A DNA stretch of 64,000 bases from Candidatus Eiseniibacteriota bacterium (GCA_965224245.1 OZ245046.1:3872001-3936000), one strand, 5' to 3'. Positions 32,266 to 42,507 are shown, counted from the first letter of the stretch. Translations and numbers: made by a program. The notes: generated from the letters alone by a model not told the origin.

Positions 32266-33570
32266 TCAGTCGTCCGGCACCGTCACGACGAGATCCCCCG
32301 CGCGCGAGCCCGGGCGGACCGTCCACCCATCGACGAGCCGGATCGTCCAGCCGTCTCCCGAGAGCAACGTGTCCGCGACGGTCGCCGGCCCGGGCACCGT
32401 CAGCGTGTTGCCGTCCAGGGACACGAGCACCTCGTCGGCCTCGAGGCGTCCCCAGTGGGCGGTCACGCGATAGCTCGGGTAGACCGTTCCGGCGTCGGGG
32501 ATCGGTGTCACGCCGCTGGTGACGAACGACGCGCGACGGCCCCGCGGCATCGAGAGCACGGGGCCTTCCACGAACCGGCGCCGCAGCTCGGCCACGTGGC
32601 GTTCGTGGGCCTCGGCGCGCGCGATCTCGGCCGCGCGGAGCGCGCCCACGTCGTAGCGATCCGCGGCCGCGTCGACGTCGGCCGACGGCGGGATGTCCGC
32701 GGCGGTTCGAACCATCCGGCCGAGATCTCCGTCCACGGTCATCCGCCGTGTCCACCCCGGTGACCAGGCGTCGAGCAGGAGTCCGTACGCAGCCCCGGAC
32801 GGGTACGCGAACGTCCGGACGACGCTCTCCTTCTCGGGCGCGCGTCGCAGCTGCTCGACCGCGTCGGCGATCGCGAGCTCGTGCGTGTCGGCCGCAGTCA
32901 CGGTGCCCGTGTACTGCGCCAGTCCCTCGTTGATCTCGCTCGCCCGCTCGATCTCCGCCGATCCCGGAAACGCCCGGTGACGCGCGCTCCGGAACGCGAG
33001 CGCGTCAGCGACCGCCTCACGCCGGTCGTCTCCGTGCGACGCGAGAGCGCGGGTCAGCGCGCGCCACTCGAGCTGTATCCACACCCGACCGTCGAGGGTG
33101 TCGAGGTGGTCACACTCCCCTCTCGTCTTCGACACGTACAGTCCCAGCTCGGGCTGGACGCGATGGAAGAGCTCGTGCATGAACAGACGCCGGCGGGCCT
33201 GAGCGTCGTCGTGCGGGAGCATCGGCCACACGAACGTCGACCAGCGTACGCCACCCCACTCCATCGCGGCGTTGGCGTAGCCCAGCGACGGCGGCCGCGG
33301 CGCGTCGGGGACCGGCTCGCTGGTCGCGATGGTGGACGTGACGGGATCGGCCACGACCATCGGCCCGGCCAGGGAGATGCCCCACAGCCGGCCGCCCTCG
33401 CGCTCGCAGAGCGCGGCCACCTCGTCGAAGTAGGTTCCGGCCAGATCGGCGTCCACCTGCCCGGGTGCCGGCATCGCGCCCAGCATCGTCAGCAGCGCCG
33501 CACCGAGGATCATCGACGCCCGGTGGCGATCGCCGCGCGTCCTCTCGAGCCCACGATGGAGCGTGTGCAC
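32266..33570 (-). CDS. Secreted protein with gluzincin-like HExxH...E motif
   Basis: Hydrophobic signal ILGAALLTMLGA, FMHELFHRVQ, downstream NEGLAQYTG; start uncertain (33513 possible). Confidence 0.7.
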   Translation of the reverse strand: MHTLHRGLERTRGDRHRASMILGAALLTMLGAMPAPGQVDADLAGTYFDEVAALCEREGGRLWGISLAGPMVVADPVTSTIATSEPVPDAPRPPSLGYANAAMEWGGVRWSTFVWPMLPHDDAQARRRLFMHELFHRVQPELGLYVSKTRGECDHLDTLDGRVWIQLEWRALTRALASHGDDRREAVADALAFRSARHRAFPGSAEIERASEINEGLAQYTGTVTAADTHELAIADAVEQLRRAPEKESVVRTFAYPSGAAYGLLLDAWSPGWTRRMTVDGDLGRMVRTAADIPPSADVDAAADRYDVGALRAAEIARAEAHERHVAELRRRFVEGPVLSMPRGRRASFVTSGVTPIPDAGTVYPSYRVTAHWGRLEADEVLVSLDGNTLTVPGPATVADTLLSGDGWTIRLVDGWTVRPGSRAGDLVVTVPDD

Positions 33571-33670
33571 CGCGCTACCTCCGCGGTCGCGATGGTGGCG
33601 CGCCCAGCGCGGCGATCTCGTCGTGGTCCATCAGATTGAGCTTCCCGAACACGGCTGACACGATGGCCTC

Positions 33671-34132
33671 CTACGGGCTACGACGTGCCGCGAGAATGTC
33701 CTCGATGATCCGCACGTGATGGCGGTTGTGAATGCCCACGAACCGAAGCGCGCCGTCCCGATCCAGCGTGCCGAACACCGGATGCCGGAACCACGCCTGC
33801 TGGTCCAGGCGGACGGCGTCGGCCAGCTTCCGCTCGCAGTCGTCCAGGAGCGCCCCGAGCTCGACCGGCGTCACGTCCTCGCGGGGCAGGATCGACGCCG
33901 AGGCCTTGCCCTTTCCGCGCGGAATCCGTCCCGCGCGCAGGATCATCGACGGAACGAGCCCGATCTTCGACGGCGGCGGGGGTGGTTTCGACGCCCCGAG
34001 TGCGTCGCAGATCTGCGACATCGCACGGCCGCAGTGGTGAACGTGCATACCCACCGACCAGGCCGAGACGTCCGTCGCGACCACGTCCGCGTTTGCGACG
34101 GCGGCCCGGAGATCGGCGACGTGGACGTTCAC
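33671..34132 (-). CDS. DinB-like protein
   Basis: WSVGMHVHH, FRHPVFGTL, HNRHH; GTG start overlaps the GNAT stop. Confidence 0.75.
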   Translation of the reverse strand: MNVHVADLRAAVANADVVATDVSAWSVGMHVHHCGRAMSQICDALGASKPPPPPSKIGLVPSMILRAGRIPRGKGKASASILPREDVTPVELGALLDDCERKLADAVRLDQQAWFRHPVFGTLDRDGALRFVGIHNRHHVRIIEDILAARRSP

Positions 34133-34566
34133 GACGTCAGCTCCTTGCCCATGCTGACGTGGTTCTCGATCGCGTATCCGAGCGCCCGGTAGAACCCGAC
34201 GACGTCCTGGTTGGTCGCGCGCACCTGCAGATTGAGCTTGGGGCACCCGAGCGCCCTCAGACGTGTCTCGATCTCGTCCATCAGGCGGCGGCCAATGCCG
34301 AGGCGACGGCGATCGGGGTGCACGGCCAGGTGATAGACCCAGCCGCGGAAGCCGTCGTAGCCACCGAGGGCGGTCGCGGCCACGCGGCCTCGTACGACGC
34401 CGACCAGAAACAGCTCGCGCTGGGTGCCGAGCTTCCGTCGAATCACCGCGGTCGGCTCGTTGCGCGGCGGGTCGTTCGGGAAGCACAGCCGCCACAGCGC
34501 GACCACCGCGTCGGCGTCGGCTTCTCGGAACGGGCGGATGTCGAGATCGTCTGCGTCCACGCGCAC
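34129..34566 (-). CDS. GNAT acetyltransferase (YpeA-like)
   Basis: GYDGFRGWVYHLAVHP..RRLGIG, GCPKLNLQVR..N, FY..LGY. Confidence 0.92.
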   Translation of the reverse strand: MRVDADDLDIRPFREADADAVVALWRLCFPNDPPRNEPTAVIRRKLGTQRELFLVGVVRGRVAATALGGYDGFRGWVYHLAVHPDRRRLGIGRRLMDEIETRLRALGCPKLNLQVRATNQDVVGFYRALGYAIENHVSMGKELTS

Positions 34567-34660
34567 CCCCGGATTCGCCGTCCCCGAGCCGGATCGACCG
34601 GATCGAGCGCGGCGAGATCATATCGCCACAACTCACGAAGAATCAATGTATTAGCAGCTC

Positions 34661-37600
34661 TCACGGACCGTCGTCGCGGAGCAGCACATCCCGAACACCT
34701 CGCACCGCCGACGCGAGCGCCGACGCGGGCATCACCCCGAGGCTCTCGGCCAGGACCTCGGCCTCGGCCAGCGCCTCGTGCGCGGCGCCGATCTCGCCAC
34801 GTGCCCGGCGCACCTCGGCGAGCTCACAGAGCGCCAGCCCCAGCCGATGTGTGTCGCCCTCGCTCCGCCGCATGATCTCGATGCCCGTCTCGACGCTGGC
34901 GTGTGCCTCGTCGAGCCGGCCCTCCAGACGATCGACTCCCCCGAGTCCGACCCGGATCGGTCCCTCTCCCATGCGCCAGTCGGTCTCCCGGCAGATCGCG
35001 AGGGCGTCGTCGAACGCGGATCTGGCATCCGCGAGGCGTCCCTGATCACGATGAACGCCGCCGAGCGCGGTGAGCGCGTACGCCTCCTGACTGCGAGGGC
35101 CCACGTCTCGATGGATGGCCAGCGACTTCTCGTACCGCCTCCGCGCGGCGTCGGTGTTGCCTCGACCCTGCTCGACGTGCCCGAGGTAGCTCTGCACCAG
35201 CCCCTCGCCCGAGCGGTTCTCGATCTCCCGGACGAGCTGCAGCGCGGCGTCGAGATGACGCTCCGCCTCGTCGAAGCGGCCCTGATTCGCGTGCAGGAGC
35301 CCGAGCGCCGTGAGGGCGTGTCCTTCTCCGCTCCTCGAGCCGACCTCCCTCGCGATCACCCGCGCGCGCTCCAGTCCATCCCGGGCGCGCTCCATCGCTC
35401 CACTCTGGAGGTACAGCGCCCCCAGCGAGCAGAGCATCGTTCCTTCGCGGGCGCGATCGCCCGCCTCGCGGAACAGCTCGATCGCCGCCTCGTAGTGTCG
35501 TCTGGCCTGCGCGTAGCGCCCGGCGTTGTAGTGCACCGCACCGAGACCGAAGTGCGCGAAGCCCTGCATGCGCCGGTTGCCGGTCTCGCGAAGCACCCCG
35601 AGCGCGGCCTCGAAGTGCTCGAGCGACTCGTCGCCCCGGCCCAGTCGCCAGTAGACGAAGCCGAGCCCCGAGAGCGAGTAGCCTTCGCCGTCCCGATCCC
35701 CGACCTCGCGATAGGCGTCGAGCGCGGCGCCGTGGAGCTCGAGCGCCCGCGGCTCGTCCCCGTTCACCGACGTCACGTCGCCGAGATCGTTCAGGACCTT
35801 CGCCTCGTCGTGCCGCTCGCCCAGCGCGCGATAGGCCTCGAGGGCGATCTCGCCCTGCCGTTGCGCCTCGGCCCAGCGACCGGCCGCCGCCGCCGCGACC
35901 CCGAGGTAGCGCTGCACTCGCGCACGATCGCGTGCGAACTCGCGGCCGGCGAGATCCGGGGCCGCGAGCATCTCGTGCGCGAGATCGATGGCGAGGTCGA
36001 CGGGACCGGTGCGCCTCAGCACGGCCATCGCGACCGCGAACGCGCGGGTCGCGGTTCCGACGTCTCCCCGGGCCATCGAGCGGCGGCAGGCCGCGATCAG
36101 GTTGCCGAGCTCGCGGCTGAGCCGGTCGATGCCGCCGGCTCGATTGAGGTCGCGCATCACGTCGGCCGTGTCCATGGTCGCGAAGTGGCGTGCGTGCCGC
36201 GCTTCGACCTCGACGACCGGAGGCACGCCATCGGCCCGAGCGGTGTCCAGCGCTCGTCGCGCGTAGGCATGCACCGTCGTATAGGTGTCGAACCGCGGAG
36301 CGCCGGCGACGACGCGCGCCCTGAGCCAGCTCTTGTCCACCAGCGACTGGAGCACGTCGATGACGGGAGCAGTGCGTTCGGGAACGTCGACGACGGCCTC
36401 GGCGGCCTCGAGCCGGAAGCCCCCCTCGAACACCGACGTCTGCGAGACGACCGACCGCTCGGTCGGGGTCAGGAGGTCCCACGACCAGTCGAGCGCCGCC
36501 ATCAGCGTCTCGTGCCGTCCGCGCCGGCCGCCGACGAGAACCCGCAGGCGATCCTGAATGCGATCGTGAAGCTGCTCCAGGCTCAGCATCCGGAGCCGCG
36601 CCGCCGCCAGCTCGATCGCCAGCGGCAGCCCCTCCAGCGTGGCCACGATCTCCTCGATGAGCGGTCGCGCGGCCGCGTCCACCCGGAAGAGCGGCCGTCC
36701 GGCCCGAGCGCGGGCCACGAACAGCTCGACCGCCTCGGTGCCCGGATCCAGCGGCTCGACCTCCAGCGGGGTCTCGGCCGGGATGCGAAGTCGCTCCTGG
36801 CTCGTCACCAGAACGCGCACCTCGGGCGCCGTCGCGAGCCACGCATCGAGAACCGGGTGCAGGTGCGAGACGACCTGCTCGACGCTGTCGAGAACGAGGA
36901 GACACCGCCCGCGTCCCGCGATCGCGTGACCGAGTCGCATCGCGGGGTCGGCCCCGCCGATCGCGACGCCGAGCGACCGGGCCGCGATCGCCAGGATGTC
37001 GGCCGGGTCACGGGCCTCTGTCAGATCGCACCACCAGGCGCCACCGGGCCAGCGCTCGAGGTGGCGCCGGGCGTAGTGGGTGGCCAGACGCGTCTTGCCG
37101 ACGCCGGCGGGCCCGACCAGCGTGACGAGCACCGACGAGGCCGAGTCGCGTTCCAGCTGCTCGGTCAGGCGCTCGATCATGACGGCACGCCCCACGAACG
37201 CGTCGTGCTCGGCCGGGAGCGCGTGACGCGGGGTCACGACCGGCTCGGCGCCGGCGCGTCCCTCGAGCGCCCGGAACGCCGCTCGGGCGGTCGCGTAGCG
37301 ATCGGCCGGCTCCCGTTCCAGGAGACGGAGGATCACCGGATCCCAGCCCGGATCCAGCCTCGCGAGCCGGCTCGGCACAGGCGGTGTCTCATGCAGACGC
37401 GCACGCGCGACCTCGAGCGGGGTGTCGCCGTCGAACGGACGGCGTCCGGTGAGCGCCTCGTACAGAACGACGCCAAGCGAGTAGAGATCGCTGGCCGGGC
37501 CGAGCGCATGTCCCAGCACCTGCTCGGGCGACATGTAGGCCGGCGTCCCCGCGGTGGGCTCGGCGCTCGGCCGGGGCGCGGCATCGGACGCCCCCGCCAC

Positions 37601-38335
37601 CCGACGCGGTAGCGCGAGTCCGAAGTCGGTGATCACCGGCCGCACGCCACCCGGAGACGGCACCAGCATGACGTTTGCGCTCTTCACGTCCCGGTGCACG
37701 ATGCCCGCCGCGTGCGCGGAGTCGAGCGCGTCGGCCAGCTGAGCGAACAGCGTCCGGGCGTCCTCGGGCGTCAGCGGGCCCTCGGCACGGAGCCGGGCCT
37801 CGAGCGTCTCGCCCGGCAGCAGCTCCATCGTCAGGAACGACAGCTCGCGCTCGGTGTCGCGTCCGAAGTCGAAGATGCGGCAGACGTTCGGATGCGTGAC
37901 CGACCGGGCCGAGAGCACCTCCTGCTTCAGACGCTGGAGGGATGCCGGCGCCGCCGCGAAGTCGCGCCGGATCACCTTCAGCGCCACCGGCGCGTCCAGA
38001 TCCTGATCGGTCGCGCGGTACACCTCCCCCATGCCCCCGCGATCGATGAACGCTTCGATGCGATACCGGTCGCCGAGACGCTCACCCGGGGACAGCGACG
38101 GCGCGGCGTCGTCCTCCCGGCCGAGTGCGGCCTCGATCCCCGCGGCGAGCGAGAGGCCCGCCCCGGAGTCGGCCGTGGACTCGCCTGCGTCGAACGCGAG
38201 CCACGCCTCGACCTCGGCCCGGAGCTCGGCGTCGTCGCTCGCGTGCTCGAGGAGGTAGCCGCCGCGGGCCCGCGATTCCAGGTCGGCCACCGCGAGATAG
38301 AGGGCCTTGGCCCTGGCGAAGCGCTGTCGGTCCAT
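34661..38335 (-). CDS. Ser/Thr kinase - P-loop ATPase (STAND-like) - TPR fusion
   Basis: RGGMGEVY, VALK, HRDVKSAN, DFG; GPAGVGKT, GLPLAIELAAAR; long TPR array; ATG overlaps the ECF stop. Confidence 0.92.
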   Translation of the reverse strand: MDRQRFARAKALYLAVADLESRARGGYLLEHASDDAELRAEVEAWLAFDAGESTADSGAGLSLAAGIEAALGREDDAAPSLSPGERLGDRYRIEAFIDRGGMGEVYRATDQDLDAPVALKVIRRDFAAAPASLQRLKQEVLSARSVTHPNVCRIFDFGRDTERELSFLTMELLPGETLEARLRAEGPLTPEDARTLFAQLADALDSAHAAGIVHRDVKSANVMLVPSPGGVRPVITDFGLALPRRVAGASDAAPRPSAEPTAGTPAYMSPEQVLGHALGPASDLYSLGVVLYEALTGRRPFDGDTPLEVARARLHETPPVPSRLARLDPGWDPVILRLLEREPADRYATARAAFRALEGRAGAEPVVTPRHALPAEHDAFVGRAVMIERLTEQLERDSASSVLVTLVGPAGVGKTRLATHYARRHLERWPGGAWWCDLTEARDPADILAIAARSLGVAIGGADPAMRLGHAIAGRGRCLLVLDSVEQVVSHLHPVLDAWLATAPEVRVLVTSQERLRIPAETPLEVEPLDPGTEAVELFVARARAGRPLFRVDAAARPLIEEIVATLEGLPLAIELAAARLRMLSLEQLHDRIQDRLRVLVGGRRGRHETLMAALDWSWDLLTPTERSVVSQTSVFEGGFRLEAAEAVVDVPERTAPVIDVLQSLVDKSWLRARVVAGAPRFDTYTTVHAYARRALDTARADGVPPVVEVEARHARHFATMDTADVMRDLNRAGGIDRLSRELGNLIAACRRSMARGDVGTATRAFAVAMAVLRRTGPVDLAIDLAHEMLAAPDLAGREFARDRARVQRYLGVAAAAAGRWAEAQRQGEIALEAYRALGERHDEAKVLNDLGDVTSVNGDEPRALELHGAALDAYREVGDRDGEGYSLSGLGFVYWRLGRGDESLEHFEAALGVLRETGNRRMQGFAHFGLGAVHYNAGRYAQARRHYEAAIELFREAGDRAREGTMLCSLGALYLQSGAMERARDGLERARVIAREVGSRSGEGHALTALGLLHANQGRFDEAERHLDAALQLVREIENRSGEGLVQSYLGHVEQGRGNTDAARRRYEKSLAIHRDVGPRSQEAYALTALGGVHRDQGRLADARSAFDDALAICRETDWRMGEGPIRVGLGGVDRLEGRLDEAHASVETGIEIMRRSEGDTHRLGLALCELAEVRRARGEIGAAHEALAEAEVLAESLGVMPASALASAVRGVRDVLLRDDGP

Positions 38336-38928
38336 CAGCTCGCGTCGCTCGTGAGGCGCCGGAGGAGCCACGAGCGGGCCACGCGCCAGTCGCGCTGCAC
38401 CGTGCGGCGGGTCACGCCGAGCTCGGTGGCGATCTCGTCCATCGACAGCCCGCCGAAGAAGCGCAGCTCGACCACCCGCGCCATCCGGGGATCGAGCGAC
38501 TCCAGCTCCCCGAGCGCCCGCTCCAGATCCACGAGCTCGACGTCCACGTCGCCGCTGTCGGCCGCGAGGCCCGAGAGCGTGACCTGCCGCCGATCTCCGC
38601 CACGCTTTCGCGCCCCCTTCGCGCGGACGTGATCGATCAGGACCTGGCGCATCGCGTTCGACGCGATGGCGAGGAACACGCTACGGCTCCTGGCCGGAGG
38701 CGAGGCCGCCCCCATCATCTTCAGGTAGGTCTCGTGCACGAGATCGGTGGCGCTCCAGGACGCGTGGACGTTCCCGCGCATCCGACGTGCCGCGCGGACC
38801 TGGAGCTCGGCGTGGACCGCGGCGAACACGCGCTCGGCGGCCGCACGATCGTCCGGCGCGGCGGTGACGCGCGCCAGCAGCTCGGGCACGTCCGGGGTCT
38901 CGGGGCCGGGGGGCGGCAGATCGGGCAC
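38335..38928 (-). CDS. ECF sigma factor of the kinase-associated (Planctomycete-type) group
   Basis: SATDLVHETYLK, AMRQVLIDH.R...A.KRGG, VVELRFFGGLS..EIA, TVQRDW..ARSWL. Confidence 0.9.
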   Translation of the reverse strand: MPDLPPPGPETPDVPELLARVTAAPDDRAAAERVFAAVHAELQVRAARRMRGNVHASWSATDLVHETYLKMMGAASPPARSRSVFLAIASNAMRQVLIDHVRAKGARKRGGDRRQVTLSGLAADSGDVDVELVDLERALGELESLDPRMARVVELRFFGGLSMDEIATELGVTRRTVQRDWRVARSWLLRRLTSDAS

Positions 38929-39190
38929 AGTCCTAACTCCTTGCCATGAAACGATATCATAGTCCGATTGGCCCTCCCGGGCAACGGACCTCGCCCCTGG
39001 CGGGGGCATCACCGCTCCGATGTCGGACCTGAGCCGCCGCATGTCACAGCGCGTGGACGGATTTCGTACTCCAGTGTAGCCCGCCCGATCGGCCCGCGAG
39101 ACGCGGGTCGGCACTTCGAACGACAACCAATTGTGTCGGCCCCGGCCGGGTCCGATCCGGGACCGACGCGGACCCTGGGAGATGCTCACG

Positions 39191-42100
39191 ATGAACGACC
39201 GATGCCACCGAGCCCACCCGATGCCCCGCGCCCTGCGCGTGGGGGGCATGCTCCTCGTCTGCACCCTGGCGGCGCTCGCCACACCGTCGATCGCGTCCGC
39301 CTTTCCTCGCGTCGTCCCGTCCCCGCGGATCGTGGCGGCCGGTGACGACGTCGAGCTCACGCTGATCGGCTTCGGCGCCGGCGTCGACGTCACGATCACG
39401 CTGGACGACCAGAACCCGGTCGTGTACTCGATCCCGGGCGGGGGACCGGCCACGATGACGTACTCGGTCCCGGAGACCTTCGACTACGGGACGTTCGAGC
39501 TCGGCGTGTGCGAGACGTGCACGCTCGGCTTCGAGGAGCAGTCGGCCCGGGCGCGCCTGACCGTGATCAGCGGCGAGCTCACGTCGAGTGCATTCGACGT
39601 GCAGGTGCGCGGGATCGAGGTCACCCAGGGCGTCCGGCAGGACATCCCCACCCGATCACTCCGGGGAGGCAGCTTCATCCTGATTCCCGAGACGACCGTG
39701 CACGTCGCGAACCGGCGCACCGTCGTCCGCGTGTACCCGGACTTCGACATGGGACCGTCCGGACCGAGTGACGTCGTGCTCGACGCGATGCTCACGGTGT
39801 CCGACGGTACGACGGTGCTGGGCACCCTGTCCCAGACCCGGACGATCTCGGTCCGGCGCACGCTGACCGACCGGCGATCGTCGCCCCAGCACGCGTTTCA
39901 GTTCACGCTCCCCCGGGAGTGGGTCGATCTTCCGAGCGGAACGCCGGGTCACGTGCTCTCCCTCGACGCATCGTTCTCGTCGGCCGCCGAGGCCCCCGGC
40001 TTCGACACCAACAACGGCGCGTCACTGCCCGGCGTCGACTTCGCGCACGTCGAGGGTCTGCCCGGCGGATCGTACGGGTCGGCGTTTCGCGTCCGGCCGC
40101 ACTTCATCACGCGCATCACCGACGACGGCACCTACTTCGCCAACCCGTTCGAGATGCTGCCCGACGCGCTCGGGAACATGCTCGAGCACATGCCGCTGGC
40201 CGAGGGACGTCAGGGCATTCGGCTCTGGGGGATGCGCTTCGGAACGTTCTACGGGGACACGGATCTGGATGGCGTCGATCTGTTCAACGGCTGGGCGGTC
40301 CCGCGCTATCTGCCGGGCGGCTCGATGTGGGGACATCCCGACAACACCTACTTCGGGATGCTGTTCACGCCGGCCATCTGCGCCGGAAAGGCGTGGGTGA
40401 ACTCGGCCTACTTTCAAGCGTACGCGTGCGAGAGCCCTTTTGTCGTCGTGGCGCATGAGATCACGCATGCGATCGGCAGTGAGCACGCTGGCAACGGGCA
40501 CGGCGAGCTCGAGGGCGGCGGGTTCGACCCGAGCTACCCGGGCGTGCACGGACAGGTCGAGGCGGACGCGTTCGGCTACAACGTCTATCGTGGACTCGCC
40601 TATCCGCCCACGACGGGGAACGCTCCGGAGTACGTCAGACACGATTACATGTCCTACGGTCCAGACGCGTTCATCTCCGCGTACACGTGGAACCGCGTGG
40701 CGGCCAATCTCGAGAGCGGCAGCGTCGGCGTGAGCCGCGAGTGGGCCTCGCCGGAGGATCGAGGTCTCGAGGACTGGCGCGTCTTCGCGGGCCATCTCAA
40801 CACGAGCACGTTCGAGCTCACGATCGGTCCTCTGTACCAGACCGTCCCGCCGTCGGGGTTCGATCCGCAGGACGGAGACTACGTCGTCCGCTTCTACGAT
40901 GCGTTCGACGACCTCGTCGGTGAGGCGCCGGTCCTCGGCGGCGAGGTGCAGGACGATCTCGACGGAGGTGACTGGATCTTCATCGCGACGCCGATCCGGG
41001 TGCCGGCCGGCTGGTCGACGATGACGTTCGGCCCCGCCGGCGAGGAGGTGTGGGAGGCCCTCGCCCGCTCCAACACCCCGCCCACGGTCGAGATGCTGAG
41101 CCCCATGAACGGCTTCGCGTGGCCCCAATCCGGCGAGGTGATGGTCTCCTGGAGCGGCTTCGACGCCGACGGCGACGATCTCTTCTATCGCGTGCTCGGC
41201 ATCCGCGAGGACTCCGACGGGATCGCCGGAGACCCGCTCGTGCTCGCCAGCGACGAGATGGGCAACGACGTCATGCTCGATCTCGACGAGCTGCCCGGCG
41301 GCGGCAACTGGACGATCTACGTCGAGGTCAGCGACGGGTTCGACTCGGGCCTCTCGGAGCCCGCTTCGGGCCAGGCGGTCGACAAGCCACCGCTCGTCGT
41401 GGTCGTGAGCCCGCGCGACGGCTCGGCGTATCCGAGCGATCGACCGCTCGCGGCCACCGCCGCGTTCGGGGATCTCCAGATGTCGGATCAGGATCTCGAA
41501 GAGACCCTGGTCGAGTGGTCGCTCGACGGTGGCTTCGTGGGCGAGGGCGACACGATCGAGCTCGACCTGGCGCCGGGGCTCTACCTGCTCGAGGCGACGG
41601 TGACGAACGTCTCGGGACTGACCGGATCCCATGCGGTCACGTTCGACGTCATCGACGAGCTGCCGATCCCCGAGCTCGTGAGCCCGGCCGACGGCGCGAC
41701 CGGCGTTCCGACCCCGACGCTCCTGGAGTGGAACGAGGTACCGGGCGGGTTCGCCTATCGAGTAGAGGTGGCGTCCGAGCCGACGTTCGACGATCCCCTG
41801 GTGATCGCCGGACCGCTCTTCGACACGAGCGACGCCTTCGACTCCGAGCCGGGTCAGACCTACTACTGGCGGGTCGCGACCGAGGGACAGAACGACGCGT
41901 CGGCGTGGTCGGACGTGTGGTCGTTCACGACGTCGGAGCCGCTGGCGGCGAACGAGGCTCCGGGTGTACGCGAGCTCGGGCTGGCCCTGTATCCGAACCC
42001 GTTCAATCCGACGACCCGGGTCGTGTTCAGCGTGCCGGCGTCGGCGCAGGTGACGGTGGAGGTCTTCGACGCGCGGGGCACGCGGGTGCGCACCCTGGCC

Positions 42101-42244
42101 GACGCATACCTCCAACACGGAGCGCACGTCATCCCGTGGAACGGGCTCGACGATCGCGGGATGCCGGTGGCGACCGGGGTGTACCACGTGCGGGTGCGCG
42201 GCGCCGGATTCTCGGAGGAGGCGAGGGCCGTGCTGTTGAAGTGA
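39191..42244 (+). CDS. Large secreted zinc metalloprotease-like protein with Ig/FN3-like domains and C-terminal FlgD-Ig domain
   Basis: Signal peptide, AHEITHAIGSEH (HExxHxxGxxH), DYMSY Met-turn-like, YYWRV, C-terminal YPNPFNP...WNG.D..G..VATGVY. Confidence 0.8.
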   Translation: MNDRCHRAHPMPRALRVGGMLLVCTLAALATPSIASAFPRVVPSPRIVAAGDDVELTLIGFGAGVDVTITLDDQNPVVYSIPGGGPATMTYSVPETFDYGTFELGVCETCTLGFEEQSARARLTVISGELTSSAFDVQVRGIEVTQGVRQDIPTRSLRGGSFILIPETTVHVANRRTVVRVYPDFDMGPSGPSDVVLDAMLTVSDGTTVLGTLSQTRTISVRRTLTDRRSSPQHAFQFTLPREWVDLPSGTPGHVLSLDASFSSAAEAPGFDTNNGASLPGVDFAHVEGLPGGSYGSAFRVRPHFITRITDDGTYFANPFEMLPDALGNMLEHMPLAEGRQGIRLWGMRFGTFYGDTDLDGVDLFNGWAVPRYLPGGSMWGHPDNTYFGMLFTPAICAGKAWVNSAYFQAYACESPFVVVAHEITHAIGSEHAGNGHGELEGGGFDPSYPGVHGQVEADAFGYNVYRGLAYPPTTGNAPEYVRHDYMSYGPDAFISAYTWNRVAANLESGSVGVSREWASPEDRGLEDWRVFAGHLNTSTFELTIGPLYQTVPPSGFDPQDGDYVVRFYDAFDDLVGEAPVLGGEVQDDLDGGDWIFIATPIRVPAGWSTMTFGPAGEEVWEALARSNTPPTVEMLSPMNGFAWPQSGEVMVSWSGFDADGDDLFYRVLGIREDSDGIAGDPLVLASDEMGNDVMLDLDELPGGGNWTIYVEVSDGFDSGLSEPASGQAVDKPPLVVVVSPRDGSAYPSDRPLAATAAFGDLQMSDQDLEETLVEWSLDGGFVGEGDTIELDLAPGLYLLEATVTNVSGLTGSHAVTFDVIDELPIPELVSPADGATGVPTPTLLEWNEVPGGFAYRVEVASEPTFDDPLVIAGPLFDTSDAFDSEPGQTYYWRVATEGQNDASAWSDVWSFTTSEPLAANEAPGVRELGLALYPNPFNPTTRVVFSVPASAQVTVEVFDARGTRVRTLADAYLQHGAHVIPWNGLDDRGMPVATGVYHVRVRGAGFSEEARAVLLK

Positions 42245-42274
42245 CGTCGGAGCCGGCCTCACCCCGACATGATG

Positions 42275-42301
42275 CGCCCCGCGTCCCCACGGCGCGGGGC
42301 G
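42275..42301 (+). terminator. GC-rich hairpin after the large secreted gene (no U-tract)
   Basis: CGCCCCGCG-N9-CGCGGGGCG about 30 nt after the stop. Confidence 0.35.
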
Positions 42302-42507
42302 ACCGCCGGCGAGGCTGTCCTCTGCCTGAACACGACCCACGATCGGACACCGGCCTCGGCGGCGTGGGCCGATCGTGGGCGGGGTCGGACCCGCGCGATC
42401 ACGCGGAGGGGGTGATCACGTTCGAGCCCGTCCGGGGGCTCGACAGCGGTCACGCTCGTACCTATCATCGTCGCGCCGTATCGGGTCACCGCCTCGTGGA
42501 GGACCGC

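Noticed and set aside
27090-38335. Kinase-STAND-TPR genes as Avs-type anti-phage systems
   Set aside because: The ATPase is of the regulatory type with ECF linkage; no nuclease, TIR or Sir2 effector and no defence-island context
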